Of a stretch of DNA of 20,000 nt, positions 19,470 through 20,000 are shown one piece after another. Each line of letters starts with the position of its first letter. The stretch's first letter is position 1. The notes beneath the pieces were generated by a model. The model had not been told where the DNA came from. It searched no databases and was given only the letters and a program-made list of their open reading frames with translations. The stretch comes from an uncultured virus (IMG/VR IMGVR_UViG_2634166398_000002). Taxonomy: Duplodnaviria; Heunggongvirae; Uroviricota; Caudoviricetes. The DNA is taken from IMG/VR virus record IMGVR_UViG_2634166398_000002, one strand, 5' to 3'. The position numbers and the translations under genes are program-made.

Positions 19470-19498
19470 GAGAACAGAGGGAGCTGCTCTCTGTTCTC
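19470..19498. terminator. Hairpin between the convergent phr and uvrX genes (possible bidirectional terminator)
   Basis: GAGAACAGAG-GGAGCTGCT-CTCTGTTCTC, a perfect 10-bp stem. U-tracts are weak on both strands. Confidence 0.6.
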
Positions 19499-20000
19499 AT
19501 GACTTATGTCCACCAGTCAAACCTGCTCTATGCAATGCTGTTCCACCAGGTGTATATGAAACAGCTCGTAAGATCGCTTTAGATCCGTATTTATTTCTTA
19601 TCCCGTCCATCACAAATCCAAGCTTCCTTCTCTTCTCATTATCCTTTTCAAACAGACTTAATTGCTGATTCACATCGTCTTCAATATTGGATAAAGTAAC
19701 TGAAATACTTCTTACTGTTTTTCCTGTATAGAACTTATCAAACAAAATCAAGCAGTATCGATAAATATCCATTGTGATATTCGTAGGCAAATCAATTGTT
19801 TTAGATCTGTGAAAGCCACCGCCGAACTCATCTTTACTGTAACCAATTCCTAAGCTGATCGTACGCCCTACTTTGTTATGTGTTCGTGCTCTTCGTGCAA
19901 CCTCTTCACAAATCTCCAAGAGGACTACTTTGATATCCTCTTTCTTCGTATAATCTCTAAGTAATATCTGGCTTTTCCCGTAGCTTATTTGCCCCTGCAT
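19497..20000 (-). CDS. uvrX: C-terminal part of a Y-family (UmuC/ImpB-like) DNA damage polymerase, UvrX-like; 5' end outside the window
   Basis: Little-finger domain motifs SYGKSQIL.RDY, EEVARRAR, GGGFHRS.T, QLSLF (clamp-binding) and MDGIRNKYGSKAILRAVSY...GGHK. Position and orientation match SPbeta uvrX. Confidence 0.88.
   Translation of the reverse strand: MQGQISYGKSQILLRDYTKKEDIKVVLLEICEEVARRARTHNKVGRTISLGIGYSKDEFGGGFHRSKTIDLPTNITMDIYRYCLILFDKFYTGKTVRSISVTLSNIEDDVNQQLSLFEKDNEKRRKLGFVMDGIRNKYGSKAILRAVSYTPGGTALHRAGLTGGHKS

Noticed and set aside
19998..20000. ATG at the window edge as the uvrX start
   Set aside because: Only the C-terminal little-finger region is present. The catalytic domain must lie beyond the window, so this is an internal Met.

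Overview
The whole window is the tail, lysis and accessory segment of an SPbeta-like (phi3T-like) Bacillus siphophage or prophage. It is AT-rich and almost entirely on the + strand. It opens with the 3' end of a membrane protein and an independently transcribed membrane protein at the yomJ position. The tail module follows: the CwlP/YomI tape measure with lytic transglycosylase and M23 domains, the YomH distal-tail protein, a YomG-like tail protein extended by a GH113-like TIM barrel, YomF, and a phi29 gp12-like beta-helix spike with a peptidase-G2 autocleaving chaperone. The lysis module is a chimeric amidase endolysin, an XhlA-like protein and a phiLC3-family holin. After it come two small genes (one a mini-collagen protein), a RapI-like TPR regulator with an overlapping 39-aa Phr propeptide missed by the ORF track (predicted mature peptide ERAET), and the convergent 3' end of uvrX. 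The most notable items are the phage-borne Rap-Phr pair in the slot where SPbeta carries the sublancin cluster, the GH113-like domain with an apparent Glu-to-Asn acid/base change, the GC-rich swapped endolysin catalytic domain, and orphan perfect Shine-Dalgarno elements on both sides of the endolysin. Family assignments rest on motif recognition and remembered reference proteins. No database search was run.
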